The position numbers and the translations under genes are program-made. Below, one piece after another: positions 1 through 12,510 of a stretch of 64,000 nucleotides of DNA. Numbering within the stretch: the stretch's first letter is position 1; every line of letters starts with the position of its first letter. The DNA lies in contig OZ024743.1 of assembly GCA_964016885.1 (NCBI GenBank), positions 254,820,001 through 254,884,000 on the forward strand. Reading direction: 5' to 3'. A model generated the notes under the pieces. It ran no database searches. It worked only from the letters and a program-made list of their open reading frames with translations, and was not told where the DNA came from. This DNA comes from Eledone cirrhosa. Lineage: Eukaryota.

Positions 1-890
1 GATAGAGAGGTGGCGCCGATACAGTTGTCGATATAACGACCGTATAGCTCAGGAGTCGGTCCAGCATACTGGGAGAAGATCTGGGCTTCGACGTAGCCAA
101 CAAACAAGTTGGCATAGTTAGGACCCATTCTGGTTCCCATCGCTACCCCAGAGACCTGTTGGTAAAATTCACCTGAAAAAGAAAATCCATTAAGAGTAAG
201 AACAAGCGCAGCCAGACGGAGAAGAGTGGTAATGCTGGGGTAAGGGGTAGGGCGTAAAAGGAGCCATTTGAGGTAAAGGATGAATTGAATATGGGATTTC
301 GCGAGGAAAGGGTGGCAAGTGGAGGAGAGATGGAGGTAGGCCTTGAGGAGGTCTCGGTCGAGAGAACGATTTGGGCGAGAGTTGATCGAATAGCCGCCCG
401 CATGAGCTGGCGAGAGGAGCGAGTAAGGATCGGCTCAGTGGTGGGACAGAGTAAGAGGTGGAGTGAAACTTGAGGCGGAAACAGCGGGGAATGAGGTGGT
501 GGTGGAGACAGCGACTTAACAATGTGTTGTGACTGTTGTATCTTGTTTTGGTGAAGATGAGGCTGGAGAGATGCAGAGAGGATTGGATACATATAGGGGG
601 GAGAGGTTGGAGGAAGCGCTTGAGAGTAGAATGGAGCTGGCGGAGAGAAGATTTGAGATTGGGCATATTGAAGGTACTAGGGTGGGAGTGAAAAATAGAC
701 GGCTGAGAAGAATGTGGTAGAGGAAAAGTGGTAGAGAGTCGTGGAATATTTACATGCAAGAAGCAAAGAAAATTTCAAAGATACGAAAGATTTCCTGGTG
801 GAAGTTCAGGTGAACTCCGGGTTGGTATCCAGTTTCGAGGTGAAAGTCCAATCAGGAAATCCAACGAATTTTGAGAGGTCCACGTAAGCG
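1..890 (-). mobile_element. Penelope-like element (PLE) fragment: N-terminus and part of RT, internally deleted, runs off the window start
   Basis: Minus-strand translation of 1-150 reads GVAMGTRMGPNYANLFVGYVE...YGRYIDNC, a PLE-type RT motif with YIDD mutated to YIDN. ORF 190..759 contains HNTLLSRCLHHHLIPRCFRLKFH, typical of PLE N-termini. Confidence 0.8.
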
Positions 891-1057
891 TTGATATATA
901 TATATGTATGCAAAAGGTAAACAGAAATAACAACACAATCAATACAGTATATGGAAGGTATATATTAGGTTAACGCTTGATATAGCAGGAAGAGGGTCTT
1001 AATGTATACATCTATATATATGTATATATGTGTATATATGTATGTATATATATATCT

Positions 1058-1255
1058 GTCGGGTTACTCTTGAGTGCTACTGGTAACATGTAACCCAGTA
1101 AAACCTGTCGCATGGTCGGGTCGGCAGTGACTAAACCGGCAACCCCACCAAGTTTACTTGGTTAGGAGGGAGGGTGATTTCGGACACCCTGCAGGACAAA
1201 AATCGAAACCTGACAAAGGGCGGAAGAACTCATAAGAGTCAACGGCCATCTGAAA
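1058..1255 (+). mobile_element. RTE-type 5' leader copy without an attached coding body
   Basis: 1058-1170 aligns closely with 35646-35760, the 5' end of the RTE LINE (cttgagtgctactggtaacatgtaa...tcgcatggtcgggtcg...gactaaac.ggcaa.cccaccaagtt.acttggt.aggaggg). Confidence 0.6.
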
Positions 1256-1752
1256 GTGTGTAAATATGTATATATATACACACACACACCACACGGTTAA
1301 ACCACTGGGAGTGAAGGACCCCTAGCCTTTGTCAGGGCATTCTTCTAGAAGGAAACTCAGGAAACTGGGATAACTCCGACATAAAACCTGCGGCTCAGTA
1401 GTTACCGATGATGTTGATCTTTTCTTCTTTTCGGGTTATAGCTCCTGTCGCTCAGAGAGTGGGATTGGCTCAGTGCACAGCCTTTCCTCACTTTAAAAAA
1501 TATCTTCACGCACAGGCATTGCACGATAGAATTAATTAATAATTATTAATAATGGTATATCGTGCAATGGTAATACTCGATAACGAGGGGGCAGCCATCA
1601 TATATATGTAGCGAAACCTGTCCATGCCTTGAACCTTGGATGACACCTAAAGGTCAAACTCTAGGTCACCACCCTTTTCGGCTATCTCCTCAAGGTGTGA
1701 GACAGAAAGCGACAGGTATATAAAGCCTGTATCATCCCACGTTTATACAGAC

Positions 1753-1915
1753 AGATCGGAGCATTACGCTAGCAACAAACTATGTAAAGATTCACTGCTA
1801 CCTTCAGGCCCCAGAGGTCTACAGAAATACAGAGAGATCGGAGCACTACGATACAGTCCAACTATGTGAAAGATTCACCGCTATCTACAGGCCACAGTGG
1901 TCTATAGTCAACTAC
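1753..1915. repeat. Two-copy tandem repeat, about 82 bp unit
   Basis: agatcggagca.tacg...aactatgt.aaagattcac.gcta....caggcc.cag.ggtcta.ag occurs at about 1753 and about 1835. Confidence 0.7.
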
Positions 1916-2299
1916 AGACCAGTATCTCTCTCTTTCTCTCTAAATCAGCTTCATGAACCAACAACAAAAATAACATTATCAACCTTTGCAACATGTGGTA
2001 ATATGTTTATTGTTCTTTTTGACTCAAGTGAAATAACCTTTTATATATAAAGTAAATCATTTATTCTTGTTATTTCATCTAATAACCATGTTAATCCATT
2101 TAACGATTTCTTAACTAAAAAGACCCTTCTTTAAATATATAATATATATATATATATATATTTCAGATTAAAGTTTAAGCAAAGAATCGCTGCTTTCACC
2201 CTTAACGGGATCTTCTGAAACTAACAAAGCCAATCTGTGAACGCAGAAGTGGATATTTCAAAAAACGTTGCAACCGGGGGAAGACATGAAGACGATACT

Positions 2300-2578
2300 T
2301 TGGTTCGTGGAAACGTTCCCTGGCAAAGAACGGGAAAAAATGAATATAATACGTCATTATTTGGAGCGGTGAAAAACAATTACACGCAAAGACAAAACCA
2401 CATTTATGGTATAAAAGAAGTCGTAGACTAATATTCTATTGGGTGGTTCATAGAGACGTTCTCTGGCAATGAACTGAAAAAACGAAGATAATACGTCATA
2501 TGTGGATCGTGGAGAACAATTGCACGCAAAGACAAAACCACGTAAATGGTATAACTGAAGTCGTAGACTAACATTCTA
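2300..2578. repeat. Two-copy tandem repeat, about 140 bp, in the PLE 3' region
   Basis: acgtt..ctggcaa.gaac...ataatacgtca...aacaatt.cacgcaaagacaaaaccac...atggtataa..gaagtcgtagactaa.attcta occurs twice. Confidence 0.8.
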
Positions 2579-4382
2579 ACTAGGTAACCGAATGATTCTC
2601 GGCTTCAAAGTTAAGAATAAAGTAAATAAAATACAGAGGTAATTGAAATTAAATAAATACATACACACATCCAAATACGTACATACACAAGCATACGTGA
2701 CAACACTCGCTACAGGTATACAAATACACGCACATATATATATGTGTGTGTATGTGTGTGCGTGTGCGTGTACACAAACAATTAAATAAACGTATATAAA
2801 TAAATAAATACGTATATAACAAGCGCACACACATACCTACATGTAAATACACATATGTTCGGAAACGTACGTCAACAAAAACACGAAGTACACATATACA
2901 CACACCCTACATACGTACGAACCCGCATACTCACACAGACGCAAAACTCACGTATACACATAACCAAAAGCATATGTACCAGAATATATAAAATATACGC
3001 CATAACATATACAATTAAATATACGTACGAGAAAGTATACGTACCTTCACAAAACATACAGGTAATATATACTTACCTATACAAATAAGTAATGGTATAA
3101 ACATAACATATACTTAGCTACCACATCAAGACGTAAAACATCCGCGTATAGATCGTACTATCCGTTAGGGTATAATGTGGGGCTGTAATACAGGAAAGTT
3201 TTGTGTAATTTATGTTTACAAGCCGAAATTGCCTCAGATTTTTTGTTTAAGATGTGGTCTTTGGCGTAGAGTATTTCCAGGGCCTCAGCGGCGCAGAGGT
3301 CACATGGTCTTTTATTTACGTTATACGATCTATCCCTAGCTAGGTTCTCGCAGTGTAACTTATATTGGCTGTGGTTGTCTTTTAGACTCCAGATATAAGC
3401 TGAAAGTGACATCATATTCCTTCTTAAAGGGTAACGAAAAGAATGGGTATGCATGTAAAGACGCTGCTTGAATCTATTGGATGTTAACCCTATGTAGGCC
3501 CTACGGGACGTGGGTGTTTCAACCTTACATTTATAGACAATGTTACTAGAGAGGCATTTCCCCGATATGGGGCAGTCAACCCGATTCCTACAATTACAGT
3601 TAGTACTAACTACAGGGTTGCATGTGTTCCTACGGCTAGGTAGTTTAGCTAAATTTGAAGCTGTGATGTTATGTGTAAGGTTAGGAGTCGTAGAGTAAGA
3701 CATTTTAATAGTATTTCTATTAAAAATATTACTATATTTATGTGTAGGGGGAAATGCTTCGTAATAAGGGAGAGAAAGATCTTAGCTAATGGTGTAGCCA
3801 CCTCCATATTATATGGTGGGTTATACCATATAATGCGTCGGGATCTATTTCCTCTAGGTCTATTCTCGTACTCTGTATATGCTACTTTATCGACAAAAAC
3901 CACTCTGAGAAAGAGCTTCATTGTAATATGTGGAATGGTCGTTGAACATATGCTCGTTAGTAGATAGACGGGGAAGCCTCAAAGAAACGTTTCTTACCAG
4001 GTTCTTGGTTATGCTAGCAGGATGGTTAGAATGCTTACTTATGTAATTAAGCGTATCATTCGGTTTTCTATATGGGTAATACAAGCCATTCGATAAATTG
4101 AGGGTAACGTCGAGGTAATTAACGACCAAGAGGTTGGCCTCAACCTGTATAGAGAGGTTGAAGCATTTAAAGAAGGCTGTAAGCTCTTTTCTGAACATGT
4201 CGCAAGCACGTGGGCCGCACTTAGTCATGGTCAAAAGACCATCATCACGGTACAACCCACCTCCCACGTTGGGGAATTCGTCCTTGATAGAGAAAAGAAG
4301 GAAAAGGCCGATAAGATCAGTAATCTCAGAATCGCGGCGCCCATACTCACGTCGAATGGGGTACTATTAGATTTTTTTATCC

Positions 4383-4467
4383 AAATAACAGATTGACTTT
4401 GTTAGTTTCAGAAGATCCCGTTAAGGGTGAAAGCAGCGATTCTTTGTTAAACTTTAATCTGTTATTT
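4383..4467 (+). ncRNA. Hammerhead-like fold with variant core (CAGAAGA...GAAA) in a PLE pLTR
   Basis: CAGAAGA-UCCCGUUAAGGGU-GAAA, enclosed by aaauaacagauu/aaucuguuauuu pairing. The same core is at 2164-2238 (-) and partly at 49911. There is no canonical stem III or NUH site. Confidence 0.35.
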
Positions 4468-4560
4468 TAATAAGTATTTGCTCTACGGTTCTTATATATT
4501 TGATATATATTTATCCTTATCGAGCCCTCTTTGGATTTTAGTCTTCAAATTTATTATTAT

Positions 4561-4608
<48 letters not shown>

Positions 4609-4996
4609 GCGGGGTAGCTTGGAAGAAAGACGTGCATTCCTTACTGTGCATGATTTGAAATTTAAATCGACAGGAATCATGAAGTTTTACTTGAGTTAAT
4701 TTATTACCTTGATCAACAACCTTTGTAAAAGATAAGTACCTATATTTGGACGTGATTATTTTTCGTATTTTTGCATTTTAGTACGTTTATTTTTGGTCTT
4801 TTAGATATTTTTCGTTCCTCTTCTTAGACGAGACACACGTGTTTGTCGTACAGAATATAGAAAGTTAGTCAAATAATGTAATTTGATGTTATTTTATTTT
4901 TAATTCAGTGGGCATATATATATTTGTTATTGTTTCTTGTTTTTAATATATTGATATTGTAATAATTATTAGGATTAAATATACACTACATTATAT

Positions 4997-5121
4997 TGGT
5001 GGATTGGCAGTAAAATCCCGCCGAGGTTAACTTTGCATTTCATCCTTTCAGGGTCGATAAAATAAAGTACCAGTAATGTACTGTGTATTTGTTGGCATTG
5101 TGCCAAAAGTAGAAACAATTA
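4997..5121 (+). mobile_element. SINE family B, internally deleted copy
   Basis: ggtggattggcag...aaatcccgccgaggttaactttgc.tttcatcctttc.gggtcgataaaataaagtaccagt...tgtgccaaaagtagaaacaatt matches 39273-39460. Confidence 0.8.
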
Positions 5122-5548
5122 TGTATATGTTACCCGTTATTTTAGTTTGAAAGTATATTTGTAAAAAGAACCGATATCTACAGTTAAAATCATCAGATCT
5201 TATCTAAATATTTCGCGATTCGATATTTTTAACTTATTTGGATTTCATTAATTTAATTTATTTTAATTTATTTTGTCTTCTTTTATATTCGCATATTATT
5301 ATCATTTGTTTACATTTTGTTTTGGTTATTTATGTTTTAATCGCGAACACGTGTTCTCGAGGTGTCTCGAATAATAATAATATTTATAATTAACGTTGAC
5401 CGGGTTCAAGTCTCTGTTGCTGTTTTTCACGCTGTCTCTGTCTCCTATCTCTCTCGTTCTTTCTTTCTCTCTCTCTCTATCTCTCTCTCTAGATCGCACA
5501 AAATTTCTCTGTCTTTCCTTCTAAATCGCTCCGTGAATTTCTCACTGG

Positions 5549-5639
<91 letters not shown>

Positions 5640-6816
5640 TCGCACAAGTTCTCTCTCTCCCCTCTTCTGTCTCTCCTACCTCTCTCCTTTTTCTCTCTCT
5701 AGATCGCACAAGCTCTCTTTCCCTCTCTCTTTCCCTCTAAATCGCTCCTTAAATTTCTCACTGGATTTATCTCTCTCTTTCTCTCTCTAACCTTTTCCCT
5801 ACTCTTCCCGCTATAGGTCTCTCTCTCCCCTCGACAGCAAACTGCATGGACTGCATGCAAGGAAGAAATTAAATTAAAAGCCAGCAAAACTGGTCAAAGA
5901 TGGAACTAAAGGTGTTGATCAAGAGATGGAACCTGGCTGATGGGTCACCACCAAGCAAAAAGATTGTGTAGACTCTGAAGAACCATGGCTTTCTGTGGAC
6001 TTTGGCGCAAATAGACAGAGAAAGAAGAGAAATTGAGAGGGCCTATGTCCTCATAGTGCCACACTAAGCTGTGTCCTCAAAGAAGAGAAAAATGGGGAGG
6101 GAGAAAAAGAAAAGTACACTGCACAAGCTTTCTGAAAGAAAATGAGATACCCACCGCCACAGTCAAGGAAGGCAGGCCAGCCAACCAACAGGCAAGCGGT
6201 AAAGGTGAGAAGCGAAATCACCTTCCGAAAGATAACCAACCAGAAAAGGACCAGTGGACAACTGTCCAAAGGAAGAACAGAAGGAGCCAAGACACGGGGA
6301 GCAAGACAACCCAGGTAACATGCAAGTTCTACAGGAACAGGACCTGTTGGCATGGAGAAACAGGGACAGGCTGTATATTGACTCACCTCAGGCCCCAAGA
6401 AAACTATGCCCCAGCCAAAACCAGAACCGATGCAAGCTGCCCCAGAAGTATGCTGATGTAGTGAGTGCCACTCCAGCCAAAAGGAGAAGGCACGCATATG
6501 CAGATGAGATACAGATGGCAGCAGCAGCAGAGTAAAATAATTTTTTAGTGATGGCAGAGAAGATTGAGGGACACCTGACCTGGCTGCATCGTTTTCAGAG
6601 CCAGGGTCACTCACACCAGCACTTGAGAACCCCACAATTAAGGGAGCCAGGGTGGCCACCGCTGACACCAGGCCAGGTGCCACACCGACAACCATTGCTG
6701 ACACGCCAAATGTCACATCAGTGCTGCTGTTGAATACCAGAGGTCTTGTGAAACTCACTAACAGGAGTAAAATGTCCTACCTGGGAGACCTAGCCATAAG
6801 CAAACAAGCATTATAA

Positions 6817-7437
6817 ATGGCACTGACTGAAACGCACTTGACAATCAGTATAGCAGGTGCGAAAATACATATACCAAAATATTCTGTATTTCATTCGTAC
6901 GGGAAGGAGAGAACTCATAGTGGGGTTGCTCTGTATATCCGTGAAGATGCTACACCAATTGTACTGTTGACACATTCAAACTCAGTCTGTGACACACTGA
7001 TAGTACATATTAGGCAACTAAATATGGTAATATGTGTCACATATAGGCCACCCGATGCCCCCACTTATGAGGGTAAATTTGAGGATAGCCTCAGTAGGAT
7101 AGAAGAGGTCCATGACAAACTGGACCAGGGTCTTAACATTCTACTGCTGGGAGATTTCAACCTGCCAAAGGTCAAATGGCCTGAGGGCCACATCCTCCCT
7201 GGAATGACATCACTAGAACAGAGACTGATGGAGTCCCTGCTGGCCCTAACACACAGGCTGTTCATGGAACAAGCAATACTCCTCGCAACAAGATGCGAGA
7301 ATGTCTTGGATCTCCGTTTTACAATCAACGCAGTGCTCATCAACAATGTAAAGGTGACCCCAACGATTTTCTCGAATCATAACTTAGTAGAACTAATGAT
7401 ATGTGGTCCAAGAGAGTCAACAGAGACACAACCATGA
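6817..7437 (+). pseudogene. APE endonuclease of the CR1-type LINE ORF2 (disrupted)
   Basis: APE motifs as above. The same frame upstream reads VLLLNTRGL...AL*MALTETHL. Confidence 0.85.
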
Positions 7438-8351
7438 AGAAGCACCAGGAACTTATCCAGCCTTAACTTCTACAAGGCTAACTGGAAAAGATCAAGAATG
7501 AAATCCGGAAGCAAATATGGAGCGACATCAGCACACAAGACACCAACATACATTTTCAACACTTCATGACAACAATACAAACTATATGCCAAAAGTTTGT
7601 CCCGGAGAAAAAGACCAACAGACACAAAAATCTTATTCCCAGAGACAGGAAAATCCTTATGAGACGTAGAACTAATCTCTCAAACCAGTTGAATGCACAA
7701 CAAAAAAGCTAAAACAAGAAGGAATCCTATTTGAAATGTGCACTGCTTGACATCGAGACTGCATCGTGTGGACGTGGATGTTTTCAAGAAACATCTCAAC
7801 ACCTTGCTATCCAGGATCCTGGATGAGTCCACAGCAAGGCACGACGGAAACCTAAGGGCAGTAGCAACGAACTCCCTCTTGCATCAGAGGCCAACCAATA
7901 CAGGCTGGAGATAAAATGTGTAGCAACAAGGGTGGAGCCCCAGCATGGCCTCATGTATATGTATATATATGTATATGTATATATCTCCCCTTCTTTCTTC
8001 CTCCCGTTCGCTGGGAAAACGGTTTTCATTCTTTCTAACACCGGATTCACTAGCGAAAGGTCTGTTTTCTGACTCGCTCATATATTCACACAGCTTATGC
8101 TGAAAGAATAACTATGTTGCTTGTGTTTATTTCCATCTTCGGTTAGCTTCCCCCTGTGTTGTTTACTTGTCTCACTCGCTTTACGCGTTTCTATTGTCCT
8201 AATAACTTATTTTAGTTATTATCGCTCCAACGTGAGGTATATAATTTTTAATGCGATGAAATACCCATGATCGTTTGGTAAATCACTGATGAGGGACTCA
8301 TTTTATAACATGTTATCCATGTGCAACCAGCAGTATTCTTCTCACCCATAT

Positions 8352-8388
<37 letters not shown>

Positions 8389-8425
8389 GTTTATATGTAT
8401 ATAAATATGTATATGGGTATATCTT

Positions 8426-8467
<42 letters not shown>

Positions 8468-8649
8468 GTTTATATGTATATAATATATATATATAATGTT
8501 TATTTGTATAAAATATATATATATATAATATTTATATGTATATAATATATATATATATATAATGTTTATATGTATATAATATATATATATATATATAATG
8601 TTTATATGTATATATATATATGGGTATATATATATGTATATAAATATAT

Positions 8650-8912
8650 CAGTGGCGAAGGGTAACCTGGAAAGCAGGGCATGCAGTCCAATCGCCATGG
8701 CGGAAAGAGGTGCTGTGCAGCCCCCAATTCCCTGTAAATGACCATCCCGGTCATAGCCGCATGTAGTGTTATCTAGTGTATGTGTGTGTATTATCTTTTT
8801 ATGTGTCTACATTTTAGTAAGCAGCCAAAATTCGGCTTGCTTTAACCGACGCAATTGATCAACTCAAGATTCTATAATGTCTGCATTTCATGCACGGAAC
8901 CCTTCGCCCCTG
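8650..8912. mobile_element. hAT-type MITE (263 bp)
   Basis: TIRs cagtggcgaagggt / acccttcgcccctg (13 of 14 match) with CAG termini typical of hAT. The flanking 8-mers aaatatat and atatatat resemble an 8-bp TSD. Confidence 0.7.
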
Positions 8913-9213
8913 ATATATATATATGTATATATCTGTGTATATGCGAATATGTATATATCTGTGTATATATGTATATATATATATATATATATATCTATAT
9001 ATATATATATATATATGTAGATAAATCTACCAAGAGTTTACGGTAGTGTCCAATCCGTATGAAGAACTCAATGTAATCCGGATATCATGGAAAGAAGAGA
9101 TGCATTCAAAAATCACTTTCAGTGAAAGATAAACGGAATACAGAGTCAAGATAAAGTATTAAAAAAATAATGAATAAAACAATGAAACAGTTCCTTATAT
9201 TAAACAAAAAAAG

Positions 9214-9367
9214 TTCATTATTTAACGATCGTTTCTAGGACATATATGTGTTAGAATTGGCATGCATATTCAACAGATCTATGTACAAAATTATACAAAA
9301 TTATACAAACTATCAAATATAATATACATACCAAACACATACATATGCCGTCTTCAGAAATAATGAA
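9214..9367 (-). ncRNA. Type I hammerhead ribozyme with long insertion in loop II
   Basis: Minus strand: UUCAUUAUUU-CUGAAGA-CGGCAUAUGUAUGUG...CACAUAUAUGUCC-UA-GAAACGAUCGUU-AAAUAAUGAA. Stem I is a perfect 10 bp, stem III is palindromic and the site is GUU. Confidence 0.75.
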
Positions 9368-9715
9368 ATATATTTATTGATAATAACAACAATTCAAAAT
9401 TACAGGTCTGTTTGGGAACAGAGTTCAAATTGACCAATGAAATACACAAAAATATATCAAGAAAATACAGTTAGGTGTGTGTATATATGTAAGTAACTTC
9501 GTTCACAGATATGCATAAAAATATATGTTCACATGCATACGCATGTCGAAAAAATGTATGTAAATACAAAAATTCAGGGCTAATGTCTCTGTATGTTTAT
9601 AATCTACAGATAAAATACACATACGTATATAAACATATATACATTCATATATACACAGATATACATACATTCACACGCACACGCGCATATACACATAAAC
9701 ATACACATACCCACG

Positions 9716-9766
<51 letters not shown>

Positions 9767-9959
9767 GTATATATTATTATTATAACTATATGGATATTAA
9801 GGCGCACACATAAACACTGCCACATATATTTTTACATCTAGATGCAAAAGTAGGAAGGGGGTCAGTAATTACTAAGGGTGTCAGAGAACTGCCTATTTAT
9901 AAAATGTATCTATAAATTTAGAAATAAAAAGAAATATATAAAAAAAAATATAAACAAGT

Positions 9960-10013
9960 AAAATATATACTCATACATAAAATACACACCGATATACATA
10001 TATACATATATAC

Positions 10014-10060
<47 letters not shown>

Positions 10061-10421
10061 CATACATACATACATATATATACATAGAGACACATACATA
10101 TACATATATAAATACATAGACACACATACATACACACACATATATATATACATATATTCACAACACACATACATAAATACACAAATATGTACATACATAT
10201 ATACACATACATATATATACATACACATACATATACATACACACATATATACACACATATATATATATATACGCACATACACACACATATATATACACAC
10301 ACACACACATACATATACGTATATATACACACACATACACATATCCATGTATGTATATACACATACAACCACACACTCACACAACTCAGACATACATAAA
10401 TAAAGAGATATACAAACACAC

Positions 10422-10460
<39 letters not shown>

Positions 10461-10477
10461 TATATACATACACATAA

Positions 10478-10508
<31 letters not shown>

Positions 10509-10518
10509 TATACATACA

Positions 10519-10582
<64 letters not shown>

Positions 10583-10729
10583 TATATATATATAAAAAGA
10601 AATAAATAAATAAATAAATAAATACACACAGTCAGACAATTATGCACACATATATATATATATATATATATACATACATATATATACACATATATACATA
10701 TACATATATACATACACACACATACATAT

Positions 10730-10764
<35 letters not shown>

Positions 10765-10990
10765 CATACACACACATATATATACACACACACACACATA
10801 CATATACGTATATATACACACACATACACATATCCATGTATGCATATACACATATAACCACACGCTCACACAACTCAGACATACATAAATAAAGAGATAT
10901 ACATACACACATATACATATATATATAGAGAGAGAGATATATACATACACATAAAAATATATATACACACACACACACATATACATACAC

Positions 10991-11077
<87 letters not shown>

Positions 11078-11274
11078 CATATATATATATAAAAAAATAA
11101 ATAAATAAATAAATACACACAGTCAGACAATTATGCACACATATATATATATACATACACACATCTCTACAAATATATATACACATACACACGCACACAT
11201 ACATATATACATACACACATATATATATATAGACATATATATACACACATATATATATACATATATATACATAT

Positions 11275-11313
<39 letters not shown>

Positions 11314-11330
11314 CATACACACTTATTTAC
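9960..11330. repeat. Compound (TA)n/(CA)n microsatellite with an internal duplication of about 490 bp
   Basis: cacaactcagacatacataaataaagagatat at about 10380 and 10870, and cagtcagacaattatgcacac at about 10630 and 11120. Confidence 0.85.
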
Positions 11331-11579
11331 ATGCGCACATATGTATTTTTATACTCAGATACAAACACCCAAACATACATACCTACTTACATACACATAC
11401 ATACATCCACGCTTACAAATACAAATAATCATAGGGGTGGGGAGGGGATTAAAGTTATTAGTGGGAAATAGTAAATATAGGTTTCAAGGAACATAGAATA
11501 TTAATCTGCATTTAGATCATAATATGTGTTTACATAGTAGTTTCAGTATTAGGAAATGTAAGAAAGAAGGCAAAATTAT

Positions 11580-11957
11580 ACATTTTAATATAAGTAGATA
11601 ATTAATTATAGGTTAACTAAATTAAAAATAGTTAATATATTGATTTCTACGGTGTATACTACTTAGGTTTATAATATTTGAAGCGGAATTTTGAAGTTAA
11701 ACAGTAGTAGAGTATTAATTATAGCATAACTAAATTAAAAATATTAACATTATGGTATCAATATTAGGAAATGAATTTAGTAATAGGGAAAACCAAATCA
11801 AGTATTTCATCGGTAGTAGAATATAAATTATAGGTTAACTAAATTAAAAATTATATATTAATTTCTATAGTATATGTTAATTAGGTTTATAATAATTAAA
11901 GCAGATTTTGTATTTTATCTATAGTAGAATATAATTATAGGTTAACAAAAATTAAAA

Positions 11958-11991
<34 letters not shown>

Positions 11992-12510
11992 ATTGTAAAG
12001 AATATATTAATTAGGTATATATTTAAAAATTTATCTCAGTTTATGATTACATGATATTCTGCAATCCATCTGTATTAGAATTTTAATTTTAAGCTAATTA
12101 AATTAAAATTATAGGTTAACTAAATTAAAATTAATTTATAAATAAATTTCTAAATTGTACATTAATTAGGTTTATAATATTAAAAAATATCCCTCTGTTA
12201 TTGATTACACGATATATTGTTATATTTCATCTGTAAAGGAATTTTAATAAAAGGTTAAATAAACTAAAATTAATCTATAAATTAATTTACAAAGTATATA
12301 TTAATTATGTTAATAATATTTAAAAGTTTTTCACAATTTATGATTACATAATATTTTTTAATCTCATCTGTAGTAGAATTTTAATTAAATTAAATTTATA
12401 GGTTAACTACATTTAAATTAAATTATATATTAATTTCTAAAATATATATTATTAATTAGGTTTATAATATTTAAATGTTTTTCTCAGTTTATGATTACAC
12501 GATATAATTA
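11580..12510. repeat. Degenerate tandem array (about 130-155 bp unit) derived from the PLE ORF terminus and 3' flank
   Basis: ttaattaggtttataatat...atgattacac.ata...ataggttaactaaattaaaa recurs at about 11877, 12007, 12162, 12301 and 12452. Confidence 0.75.

Larger units (their letters stand above)
2163..4565 (-). mobile_element. 5'-truncated PLE (RT C-terminus and GIY-YIG endonuclease, frameshifted) with 3' pLTR and an inverted pLTR copy at the 5' junction
   Basis: ORFs 3887..4267 (GLYRDDGL, SNHP), 3649..3921 (RRIIWYNPPY) and 3158..3703 (CNCRNRVDCP, IVYKC...AYIGLT). 2164-2238 is the reverse complement of 4388-4461. Confidence 0.9.
4607..7955 (+). mobile_element. Decayed CR1-type LINE: 5'UTR, ORF1 remnant, APE endonuclease, deletion of RT near 7755, intact 3' end
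   Basis: 6817..7437 is APE (LTETHL, SGVALYI, YRPP, LLGDFNLP, FSNHNLV). 7755-7900 encodes VFKKHLNTLLSRILDE...NSLL, homologous to the ORF2 C-terminus at about 55140. The 3' motif ggtgg.gc...catggcct is shared with 55272-55299. Confidence 0.8.

Noticed and set aside
1607-1993. Possible solo LTR (TGTAGCGA...TTGCAACA)
   Set aside because: The TG...CA ends are imperfect, there is no matching TSD, and there is no second copy or internal domain in the window.
6051-6758. 235-aa minus-strand ORF and other antisense ORFs over LINEs (e.g. 37622..38200, 54426..54794)
   Set aside because: They are antisense shadows of LINE coding regions with no recognisable motifs.
8280-8345. CTGATGAGGGA suggesting a hammerhead in a probable solo pLTR (about 7985-8355)
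   Set aside because: There is no downstream GAAA or stem III in this copy, so it is at most a decayed relic.
9910-11320. Long ORFs rich in Y/I/C/V/M/H/T (also 15821-16416, 18069-18845, 33192-33649, 46874-50414, 55139-57582, 62115-63288)
   Set aside because: They are translations of (TA)n/(CA)n microsatellites, which lack stop codons. They are not genes.
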